Virus record (IMG/VR): IMGVR_UViG_3300035661_000004
Length of the DNA: 64,000 bases
Source of the DNA: a virus
Lineage: Duplodnaviria > Caudoviricetes
Direction: 5' to 3' (one strand)
Part shown: positions 46,196 through 54,195 of the stretch, piece by piece
How the letters are laid out: each line of letters opens with the position of its first letter
How positions within the stretch are numbered: position 1 is the stretch's first letter
Notes under the pieces: model-generated
Seen by the model: only the letters and a program-made list of their open reading frames with translations
Told to the model about the DNA's origin: nothing
Databases searched by the model: none
Translations under genes and position numbers: made by a program

Positions 46196-47806
46196 ATGAA
46201 AAGCGAGTTCATCAAGAAGCCCAACCAGGTAGAAAACTACACCCACCAGCAGGTCATGGAGCTGGCTCGTTGCATGAATGATCCGATCTACTTCATGCGC
46301 ACGTACATGAAGGTGCAGCACCCGGTCCGAGGTTCGATTCCGTTCTTGATGTACGACTATCAAGAGAAGGCCGTCAGGTCCTTCATGAACCACAAGGACA
46401 GCATCGTTATGCTGGGTCGGCAGATGGGCAAGACCACGGTTATTGCCGCTTTCCTCCTCTGGTTTGCCTGCTTCTATCGTGACCCATCGGTAGCCGCCGG
46501 CGAAGATTCCTCCAACTACATCCTGGTGGCGTCCAAGGACAATGACGCTGCTATGGACGTGCTGAACCGGATCCGGTTCTCCTATGAAGAGCTCCCGATG
46601 TGGCTCAAGCCAGGCTGCATCTACTTCAACCGCCACGAGATCGCTCTCGACAATGGCTCAACCATCAAGTCATCGGCTACCACCGAAGGCACGGGTCGCG
46701 GTCGCTCGATCTCGCTCCTGATGATTGACGAGCTGGCTTTTGTCAACCGGCAAATCCAGCAAGCGATGTGGACTTCGCTTGCGCCAACCCTGTCAACAGG
46801 TGGCCGATGCATCATCTCCTCAACGCCTAACGGCGACTCGGACATGTTTGCTCAGTTGTGGCGGCAAGGCATGGCTGAAGAGACGACGGTCGTTAATGAC
46901 GAAGAGGAGATCGACATCAACTTCCATCCGGTCTTTGCGCCGTGGTATGACCACCCGGACCGGGGCGCCGGCGATGAAACCTCTAAGGAGGGCATCCTCT
47001 ACAAGAAGCGAATGATCGCCAAGGTCGGCGAGCTGATGTTCCGCCAAGAGTACGCGTGCGAGTTCCTATCCAATGACCCGCTGCTGATTAGCTCACTAAT
47101 AGCTAACAGCTGGAAGTCCCAAGACCCGTTGTTCAAGGACAACGGCTTCAACTTCTATGAACGCATCGACCCTCGCAAGGAGTACTTGGTTGGCTGTGAC
47201 GTGGCAGAGGGCCTGGGTCAGGACTCGTCCGTCGTCGAGGTCTTTGACACTAGACTTGTGCAGGTAGCCGAGTTCCGCTCTAACAAGGTAAGTGAAGCGG
47301 AGCTGTTCGACAAGATCAAGTGGATCATCAACTACCTGACCAGCAACAAGGCTAAGCTGATGTGGTCTTACGAGAACAACTCATGCGGCAAGGTCATCTC
47401 GACCCTCTACTACAAGGATGAGAAGTTCCCAGGCGAAGGCGAGCTGATCAGCGTTGGTGAGAAGCTCGGCATGAACACCAACGCCTCCACTAAGAAGGAG
47501 GCCTCCAAAGACCTGAAGCGCCTGCTTGAGTCAGGCTCGATGACTGTCCGCTCCAAGGACCTGATCAACGAGTTCAAGAACTACGCTCAAAGCCGAACCG
47601 ACGGCATCTACGCTGCCAAACCGGGCGCGACCGATGACTGCGTCTCAGCTTGCTTGATCATCACGCGCTTGTTCAAGTACGTAACCGCTTACGACGATGA
47701 CGCCTTCGATCGGCTGTACCGCAGCCGTCAAGGCACGGGCGAGGAGCTGGGCATGGGCGAGTATGCAGGCAGGGACATGGAGCCGATGCCGATGGCGATC
47801 CTCTAA
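46196..47806 (+). CDS. gp17: Terminase large subunit (T4 gp17-like)
   Basis: DPIYFMRTY, MYDYQEK, GRQMGKTT (Walker A), GRGRSISLLMIDELAF (Walker B), ISSTPNG, FRQEYACEF, GCDVAEGLGQDSS, DDCVSA. Confidence 0.96.
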   Translation: MKSEFIKKPNQVENYTHQQVMELARCMNDPIYFMRTYMKVQHPVRGSIPFLMYDYQEKAVRSFMNHKDSIVMLGRQMGKTTVIAAFLLWFACFYRDPSVAAGEDSSNYILVASKDNDAAMDVLNRIRFSYEELPMWLKPGCIYFNRHEIALDNGSTIKSSATTEGTGRGRSISLLMIDELAFVNRQIQQAMWTSLAPTLSTGGRCIISSTPNGDSDMFAQLWRQGMAEETTVVNDEEEIDINFHPVFAPWYDHPDRGAGDETSKEGILYKKRMIAKVGELMFRQEYACEFLSNDPLLISSLIANSWKSQDPLFKDNGFNFYERIDPRKEYLVGCDVAEGLGQDSSVVEVFDTRLVQVAEFRSNKVSEAELFDKIKWIINYLTSNKAKLMWSYENNSCGKVISTLYYKDEKFPGEGELISVGEKLGMNTNASTKKEASKDLKRLLESGSMTVRSKDLINEFKNYAQSRTDGIYAAKPGATDDCVSACLIITRLFKYVTAYDDDAFDRLYRSRQGTGEELGMGEYAGRDMEPMPMAIL

Positions 47807-47895
47807 AGTTGCTTGGCCAAAATGGCCTCTGAGCGGGCATTTGAGTATATAATGATTCTTGGTACCCGCCCAATCAACTAGATTGGCTGCCTTAA

Positions 47896-48261
47896 TTGGA
47901 CAAGCTCATGAGCGTTGAACTTATCAAGCCCGATTCGGGTGATCGCCGTACCCAAAAGGTTAGCAAAGACCAGAATCAGTCTCAGTCGCATAAAGGGCGC
48001 TATCAACGACTTAAGTTGCTTGGGCTGTGCGTGATGTGCGAGACGACTCCCGTTGAAGGCAGGTCATACTGTATCGCCTGTTCTAGCAAGCAGGTCATCG
48101 CATCGGCAAAGCACGGTGCTCGCAAGATGCTGGCTAAGCATGGGATCAAGGATGCGGCTATCGCCCGTTCGGCTATTGCTCAGCTGCACTTCATTCGGCC
48201 TGACATTCAAGCCGTGCTCGAGCAGCTCGTTGCCTTTTTGGCTGACATTGAAGCACGGTAA
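47896..48261 (+). CDS. Hypothetical Zn-finger protein
   Basis: CVMC-x8-YCIAC motif. Confidence 0.6.
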   Translation: MDKLMSVELIKPDSGDRRTQKVSKDQNQSQSHKGRYQRLKLLGLCVMCETTPVEGRSYCIACSSKQVIASAKHGARKMLAKHGIKDAAIARSAIAQLHFIRPDIQAVLEQLVAFLADIEAR

Positions 48262-48319
48262 ATATCCCGCTCTTTCCAAAATGCATGGGCAAACGGAAGG
48301 ATCATATAATCAACTCGGC

Positions 48320-48327
48320 TATAAATA
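48320..48327 (+). promoter_or_regulatory. Full T4-type late promoter TATAAATA upstream of gp32
   Basis: Exact T4 late consensus; a second TAAATA lies at 48259-48264. Confidence 0.7.
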
Positions 48328-48383
48328 TAGCGTTCAGCATAACTGATATTGCTGATCTTTTTATAAGGTAACAGGTAAACATC

Positions 48384-49280
48384 ATGGCTCTCTCATTCGA
48401 CCAACTCAAGGCTGCATTCGGCAAGCGCACCACTGGCGGTGGTTCCAACGAAAACACCGGCTTCTGGGACAAGTTCTACCCATTCTACAAGATGGGCTTC
48501 GGTGAAACGGCTCTCTTCCGTTTCCTCCCTGACGCAAATGAAGAAAACCCGCTGGGCTTCATCGTCGAAAACAAGTACCACGAGTTCACGATCAACGGCA
48601 AGAAGAAGCGCATCGCTTGCCTGAAGATGCATGACGGCCACGAGGCTCACTGCCCGGCGTGCGCCGCTTCGGCGAAGTACTACAACGAGCTCGGCGACGA
48701 GAAGATGGGCAAGCTCTTCTGGCGCAAGATCGACTACATCGGCGCCGGCCTGGTGATGCATTCCCCGTTCGAGTACCCGATCAAGCCCGAAGACAACCCG
48801 GTCCGCCTGGTCTCCCTAGGCCCGAAGCTCTTCAAGCGTGTCGAGACCTCGATCGCAAGCGGCGACTTCGATGTCGCTCCGTATGACCTCCTGGAAGGCT
48901 TCGACTTCAAGATCATGAAGACGAAGCAGGGCGAGTACGCCGACTACTCCTCTTCGGAGTTCGTGCGGAAGGCTTCGGCGATCCCAGAGAACATCCTCTC
49001 CCGTCTGGAGCTGGTGGACCTTAACAAGTTCCGCTTCGCTCGTGTGGAAGCTGATGTCATGCAGGCCCAAATCGAGGCCTTCCTGACCGGCAAGTCCTAC
49101 GAGGACTCGCGCGAAGGCGACACCACCGGCTCGCCGAACGTGGACTCTCCGAAGGAAACCCCAGTGCTGTCGGCCGCAACTCCGGCCGCTGACGGCGCTC
49201 CTCCGGCTGAAGGCGGCTCTGCTTCCGATCGCGCCCGCGCCCTGCTGGCTCGCATCAACAAGGACCGCGCAGCTAAGTAA
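48384..49280 (+). CDS. gp32: Single-stranded DNA-binding protein (T4 gp32-like)
   Basis: FRFLPD, Zn-site CLKMHDGHEAHCPAC, GFDFKIMKT, YADYSSSEF; acidic tail. Confidence 0.88.
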   Translation: MALSFDQLKAAFGKRTTGGGSNENTGFWDKFYPFYKMGFGETALFRFLPDANEENPLGFIVENKYHEFTINGKKKRIACLKMHDGHEAHCPACAASAKYYNELGDEKMGKLFWRKIDYIGAGLVMHSPFEYPIKPEDNPVRLVSLGPKLFKRVETSIASGDFDVAPYDLLEGFDFKIMKTKQGEYADYSSSEFVRKASAIPENILSRLELVDLNKFRFARVEADVMQAQIEAFLTGKSYEDSREGDTTGSPNVDSPKETPVLSAATPAADGAPPAEGGSASDRARALLARINKDRAAK

Positions 49281-49290
49281 GCTCGCAATG

Positions 49291-49312
49291 AGGGAGGCTT
49301 CGGCCTCCCTTT
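49291..49312 (+). terminator. Rho-independent terminator (UUCG loop)
   Basis: AGGGAGGC-TTCG-GCCTCCCTTT. Confidence 0.8.
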
Positions 49313-49477
49313 CTCTTCTCTGGAAGCATAGCATATGAACACCCTCTCAGGAGCCTGCAATGGGCTCTCGGCTAGCCAACCTTCGGCACAGTTAACCTTT
49401 ACGCTGACGCACAGCCCGTATGGCGTGCACAGCAGCGGCCTCGCTCTCGCGGTGGCCTTCGTCAACAACCTCGCCCA

Positions 49478-50548
49478 ATGACACTGAAATTCCTCAAGGA
49501 CTTTCGCAAGAACGCCTCGAAGCTCGAGAACGTTAACCTGGACGCCAAGCCGCCGGCGTTCTGGTACAGCACCGGCAACTATGCGTTGAACCGGATTATC
49601 TCGGGAAGCTATCGCTTCGGCTTCCCGCAAGGCCGCGTGACCGCGCTGGCTGGCCCGTCTGACTCGGGCAAGTCCTTCCTGCTGACCAACGGCATGAAGC
49701 AGGCTCAGGCCGAAGGTGCATACGTGCTCGCCATCGACACCGAGAATGCGCTCGACTACAACTACCTTAAGCGCGTCGGCGTCAACGTGAGCCCGGATCA
49801 CTTCCAGCCTGTGCAGGTCGTGACGGTGAACGACGTGGTCGATGTTTTGTCCGACTTCGTAGGTCTATACCTCAAGGACTACGGGAAGTACAATCCAGAG
49901 GCGCCCAAAGTCTTTGTGGGCATCGACTCGTTGTCTATGCTTTTGACGGAAGCGGAGAACGAGAACTTCTCCAAGGGCGACCAGAAGGGCGACCAAGGTC
50001 AGCAAGCCAAGCAGATCAAGCACTTCCTGAAGACCATGGTCTCCCGGATGAAGATGACCAACATGACGCTGGTCACAACCGCGCACGTCTACTCAGCCGA
50101 CCCGCTGAAGGGCGAAGGCATGTACTCTGTGACGCCGTCCCTGCGCTACGCTTGCAGCCAGATCCCAATCATCACCAAGCTCAAGCTGCGTGACGAGGAC
50201 GCCAAGGGCAACAAGACGACGATCGGCATTCGCCTCAAGGCTGAGACCTTCAAGTCGCGCTTCTCGCTCATCGGCTCAAAGGTCGAGCTCGAAGTGCCGT
50301 ACGATGTGGGCCTGGACCCGACCAGCGGCTTGCTGGAGCGTCTCCGCGAAGACGAGGTCATCACCAAGTCAGCGGCCTGGAACACCCTGGACTATGAAGG
50401 CGTCAGCCGCAAGTTCATGGACAAAGAGCTGACGGCTGAGATCGTCGAGCTCTGCCTCAACCACCCGAAGCTCAAAGCCGTTGACGAGCGCTTCAGCTCG
50501 CTCGATCTTGACGTTGAAGACACACCCGAAGAAGGACTCGCAACATGA
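49478..50548 (+). CDS. uvsX: RecA-like recombinase (UvsX)
   Basis: STGNYALNRIISG, ALAGPSDSGKS (Walker A), IDTENA, GIDSL, FKSRF. Confidence 0.93.
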   Translation: MTLKFLKDFRKNASKLENVNLDAKPPAFWYSTGNYALNRIISGSYRFGFPQGRVTALAGPSDSGKSFLLTNGMKQAQAEGAYVLAIDTENALDYNYLKRVGVNVSPDHFQPVQVVTVNDVVDVLSDFVGLYLKDYGKYNPEAPKVFVGIDSLSMLLTEAENENFSKGDQKGDQGQQAKQIKHFLKTMVSRMKMTNMTLVTTAHVYSADPLKGEGMYSVTPSLRYACSQIPIITKLKLRDEDAKGNKTTIGIRLKAETFKSRFSLIGSKVELEVPYDVGLDPTSGLLERLREDEVITKSAAWNTLDYEGVSRKFMDKELTAEIVELCLNHPKLKAVDERFSSLDLDVEDTPEEGLAT

Positions 50549-50745
50549 AGACCATCGAATACAAGCCAGATGACGTGATCATCGCACGAGTGGGCGTCAT
50601 GCCCAGCGCCACGCCTTACCAAGTCAGGTCCACCCTGCAAGGCGTCCGTAGGGCCATCAAGAAGTCCTTCTACAGCAACCAGGTGCTCGTGCTGGCTGAG
50701 ATCGGCGGCCTGGGCGTGGACATCACCTTCGCGAGGAAAGTATGA
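50545..50745 (+). CDS. Small hypothetical protein
   Basis: 66 aa, ATGA-coupled on both sides. Confidence 0.65.
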   Translation: MKTIEYKPDDVIIARVGVMPSATPYQVRSTLQGVRRAIKKSFYSNQVLVLAEIGGLGVDITFARKV

Positions 50746-51074
50746 GCATCAACCTGCAACCTCTTAACGAGCAAGTCTGGGTCCAGCCGTTGGCCCATGA
50801 CAGCAACGAGCTCTACTCCGACGCCAAGGTGGGCCAGCAAGGCGTGCTGACTGTGATCGAGAATCAGAAGGCTCCGTCGCGCGGCATCGTGTTGGCTGTT
50901 GGGCCAGGCAAGCGTGACCAGGTCAACGGCCTGCCGATTCAAATGCCTGCGATCAAGGAAGGTGACATCATCCGCTGGACAGCTGGCTCGGCGATGCCGC
51001 TGGCCTTTGGCAAGCAGAAGATGTGGGTAGTCGCCGGCTCGGCGCTCCTCGGCATCGAGCGAGTCCCGACCTAA
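50742..51074 (+). CDS. groES: GroES-like co-chaperonin
   Basis: LQPLNEQVWVQP, RGIVLAVGPGK, IKEGDII. Confidence 0.85.
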   Translation: MSINLQPLNEQVWVQPLAHDSNELYSDAKVGQQGVLTVIENQKAPSRGIVLAVGPGKRDQVNGLPIQMPAIKEGDIIRWTAGSAMPLAFGKQKMWVVAGSALLGIERVPT

Positions 51075-51536
51075 ATGTCCTTCACGGGTAGCCTGAAGAA
51101 CCAACCGCTCTCAAAGATTGCTGAGCGGATGGCGACATACGAGATGGTGATTCAATCATCAGCTCCTGTTTTCGAGATGTCGGGCCGCAGGCTCGAGGAT
51201 CTCTGCAAGGCTCACCCACAGGACCTCTCGATGTACAACCTCCTGCTGCAAGAGTGCAAGACCATCGAGCAGTATGTCGAAGCCAAAGCGGAAGAGCAAG
51301 AAGGCCTGCTCTACCGCAAGTACATCGAGTCAGGGGCTCGCGCTCTCGGCGCCACGGAGCTCAAACAGTATGTGAAGAGCGACCCGTTGGCGATTGAGAT
51401 CAAGACCATCCTGATCGAAGTCAACCATGTCAAGCGCAGCCTCGAAGCAATCGTGTCGGCGCTTGAGTCAATGGGCTGGACCCTCAGCAACATCACGAAG
51501 CTGCGAGTCGCCCAAGCGGACCACGTCATCCTATGA
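51075..51536 (+). CDS. uvsY: Recombination mediator UvsY
   Basis: RALGATELKQYVKSD, ALESMGWTLSNITKLRVA; sits in the uvsX-uvsW block. Confidence 0.85.
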   Translation: MSFTGSLKNQPLSKIAERMATYEMVIQSSAPVFEMSGRRLEDLCKAHPQDLSMYNLLLQECKTIEQYVEAKAEEQEGLLYRKYIESGARALGATELKQYVKSDPLAIEIKTILIEVNHVKRSLEAIVSALESMGWTLSNITKLRVAQADHVIL

Positions 51537-51805
51537 GCCACTTCTACATCCAACCTTCCTCGATCGTCGTCATCCACGTGGAGTACGGCCTCGAGCGCTC
51601 GCAAGCGGTTGTTGACCTGCAGACGCACATCACCACGGTCTTCAACGCGAAGGCTGTCGTCGTGCCGTCGTCAATCACCGGCCTTGAGATTCAAGTGCTG
51701 TCGCCTGACGGCTTGAACGTCTTCTCTGCGGCCGGTTTGAGCAACGCTCCAGTTGGGTCCGGGACCACAGCAACCCCAGGCACCGTCTTGGGCAGCAGGC
51801 CATGA
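51533..51805 (+). CDS. Small hypothetical protein
   Basis: 90 aa, ATGA-coupled. Confidence 0.6.
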   Translation: MSHFYIQPSSIVVIHVEYGLERSQAVVDLQTHITTVFNAKAVVVPSSITGLEIQVLSPDGLNVFSAAGLSNAPVGSGTTATPGTVLGSRP

Positions 51806-51990
51806 CTGACCAGCCTCAGGTCAATGACGCTGAGGCGGTGGTCGACAAGATCCTCGAGGACATTAGCGACTCGGTCTACATGGGCTCGATGATGCTGGCT
51901 CTCTCAAAGCCGCAACGTGACCGTATGCGTAGGCGCTGGATCAAGATCATTGAAGGCGCTCAAGTTGAGCGCGACTGGGCTAACTACTAG
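51802..51990 (+). CDS. Small hypothetical protein
   Basis: 62 aa, ATGA-coupled. Confidence 0.6.
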   Translation: MTDQPQVNDAEAVVDKILEDISDSVYMGSMMLALSKPQRDRMRRRWIKIIEGAQVERDWANY

Positions 51991-53429
51991 CCTAAGCAGC
52001 GTTTCAGCTCTGCTGCGATGGTTTTGGCATAGTAGCCGGCATCACCATCAAGAACCTTGTTGCCTTTCTTGTGCTCGAACTCGTAGATGATGTTTGCATC
52101 GGCTTGATCGGGCGTTTGAAAGTTGATGATGAACTTGTCTCCGTTCGGACCTGGAATCTTGATACTCCACGGCGTCGCCGTGCACTTACTCAGCTGATCA
52201 GCTGGCAGAAGTTCGCATAGCTCTTCGTATGACCTGAGCACATAGATAATTTCGCCTAAGCCATGTGACGCCAGGCGAGTCTTATTCTTGGCACCGCTCT
52301 CGTAAACTTCAACGTCAGCGCCGCTCTCATAGTTGGGGTTGGCCCTGATGACCAGCAACCACTTGAATAGGTTGTTGGGGCCAGTCACAATCAAGCCCTC
52401 CTTCGACCGCGGAATCGTGATTTTGACATCAGTGTGCTCAGCGATCTCCTGCTGCCACTTGAGCAAAGCTTGCAGCTCTGGATCTTCGGCTTCATACAGC
52501 TCGCGTTCGGCGTCAAATTTCTGCACGTATTTCGGGTTTAGGCCCTTCTTCTTCATGAAGTTGGTCATACCGATGTTAAAAGCATGCAGCGCGTCAGGCA
52601 CCGACTTGACCTTGTCGTAGTAGGTCTTGAGGATGTTGGCGCCAATCTTGACCTGGTTCTCGATGTTGCCTTTTAGCTTGCTTGGGTCGATGCCCCAAAC
52701 ACCCGGCCGGATCTGTGTCAGGCCTACAGCCGGGTCATGCTTCAAGCCTGACACCACGTTAGGCTTGAACGAACTCTCGATGCCGATAACCGAGAGGATG
52801 TCTTCCGCCTTCGGAAAGGTCGGCTTCTCATGCTTGACGGCGAGGCGAGCGACCTTCAGGGCGAAGTCATCGGTGACCTTGTACTTGTCGACAACGATCG
52901 AAGCCAGCTCCTTAGCACGAGCCTCCTTCTTGTTGTCCTCTTGAGCCATGTGCTGCTTCATGGTCAAGCGCTTGGTCTCTGAGTCGTTCTCGGCCTTCTG
53001 TGCGGCGGAGACCGGCTCATGGGCGGGAGCCTTAAGCGTGCTGCCGGTCAGCGAAGCAGCGGCCAGGACACCGGCAGCCACGGCATGCTTGAAGCCTTCT
53101 TCGAGCTTCCCATCTTGCAGGTTACCGAAGGTCGGGAGCATTCGGCTAACATGGCGGTGAAAGCCAGCATGATCAGTCCAAGCCGAGAAACCGTTGACAG
53201 ACTTACCGTTCGCGGTCATGTCGCAAATATCGACCGTAGCTGAAAACGGCTCGTAAGCAGCAATGCTAAAGAGGATAGTTTGGGTCTCGCCTCTAAACTT
53301 GACATCGACACGGATATGCTGATCATCTACAACCTTGTAATGCAACCGCGGCTCGATCTCGATGAGCTCCTGCTGCAGACGCAACACGTCTTTTCTCGCT
53401 TCTAGGAGCTCGCTAAATAGAGGCAGCAT
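51987..53429 (-). CDS. Three-module late protein: LxLQQ module, SLT lytic transglycosylase, LxLQQ module
   Basis: SLT motifs SVIGIESSF, AVGLTQI, GANILKTY, ALHAFNIG; modules begin after ELLE, KLEE and ELYE; TAAATA at 53456-53461 (minus strand). Confidence 0.85.
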   Translation of the reverse strand: MLPLFSELLEARKDVLRLQQELIEIEPRLHYKVVDDQHIRVDVKFRGETQTILFSIAAYEPFSATVDICDMTANGKSVNGFSAWTDHAGFHRHVSRMLPTFGNLQDGKLEEGFKHAVAAGVLAAASLTGSTLKAPAHEPVSAAQKAENDSETKRLTMKQHMAQEDNKKEARAKELASIVVDKYKVTDDFALKVARLAVKHEKPTFPKAEDILSVIGIESSFKPNVVSGLKHDPAVGLTQIRPGVWGIDPSKLKGNIENQVKIGANILKTYYDKVKSVPDALHAFNIGMTNFMKKKGLNPKYVQKFDAERELYEAEDPELQALLKWQQEIAEHTDVKITIPRSKEGLIVTGPNNLFKWLLVIRANPNYESGADVEVYESGAKNKTRLASHGLGEIIYVLRSYEELCELLPADQLSKCTATPWSIKIPGPNGDKFIINFQTPDQADANIIYEFEHKKGNKVLDGDAGYYAKTIAAELKRCLG

Positions 53430-53458
53430 ATTCCGTTCAAAAATGACTGGTGTGCTAT

Positions 53459-54166
53459 TTATGAGATACTATGTAAGTAAGAAAAGGTCTCATGATCTCT
53501 TACTCGTCTTCGAGACCATTTTAGCATTAGGGCGGCTTCTGAAACGTTTGCGTATTCAATGCCATTGACTGAGCAACGCTTAGCCATCGGGTTTGGTTTC
53601 GTTCGATCAATGCAGGCTGCTACCCTCTTCATTCGTTCCCTCCGTTCCTCAGCTGTCATCTTAGAGCATCGGGTAACAGCTGCTATTGAAACCTTACGCT
53701 TGCGTTCTTCTGTGTGCTGTTGTCCTGTTAAGCTGATCGCGATTTTGTTACCCCATGTACATTTACGGCCCTTAAACATGCTACTAAGAAGAGCCTTAGT
53801 TTCCACTGACAGCTTCTTCCCTAAATTAAGCTGTCGTAGGCGTTCAATACCTTCAGGTGTCATCCGATGACCACGACTGCCTTCACCACCAATCGACCGA
53901 TTATAAAGAATTCCTGTTCCGATGTCTTTCCTACCATGCTTAGCAATATAAGCCATCTCTAGAGCGAATGCTGTATCGCGATCAAGCTGTTCATGCAGCT
54001 TTCGTACTTGAACTTTTTCTTTTCCTTCTTTACGGATCTTATTTGCGATGTAGCTTGTAGCTCTAGGGTGAAAATGATCATCAGGCCTATTGTTCTTACC
54101 TTTTCCGAAGTACAGCGGTGTTCCGTCCAAAAGCTCGATCACGTAGACAAAATAAATAGCATCCAT
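53459..54166 (-). CDS. Free-standing GIY-YIG-like (Seg-type) homing endonuclease with NUMOD3 repeats
   Basis: YFVYVI...LYFGKG...R, LEMAYIAKHGR, ILYNRSIGGEG; LSVETKALLS and HTEERKRKVS repeats; AT-rich. Confidence 0.88.
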   Translation of the reverse strand: MDAIYFVYVIELLDGTPLYFGKGKNNRPDDHFHPRATSYIANKIRKEGKEKVQVRKLHEQLDRDTAFALEMAYIAKHGRKDIGTGILYNRSIGGEGSRGHRMTPEGIERLRQLNLGKKLSVETKALLSSMFKGRKCTWGNKIAISLTGQQHTEERKRKVSIAAVTRCSKMTAEERRERMKRVAACIDRTKPNPMAKRCSVNGIEYANVSEAALMLKWSRRRVRDHETFSYLHSIS

Positions 54167-54195
54167 ACCAACTATATAGTTAGAATGTAGGCACG

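Noticed and set aside
49336-49481. 48-codon ORF coupled to uvsX
   Set aside because: No SD, motif or clear codon bias; cannot be supported from sequence alone.
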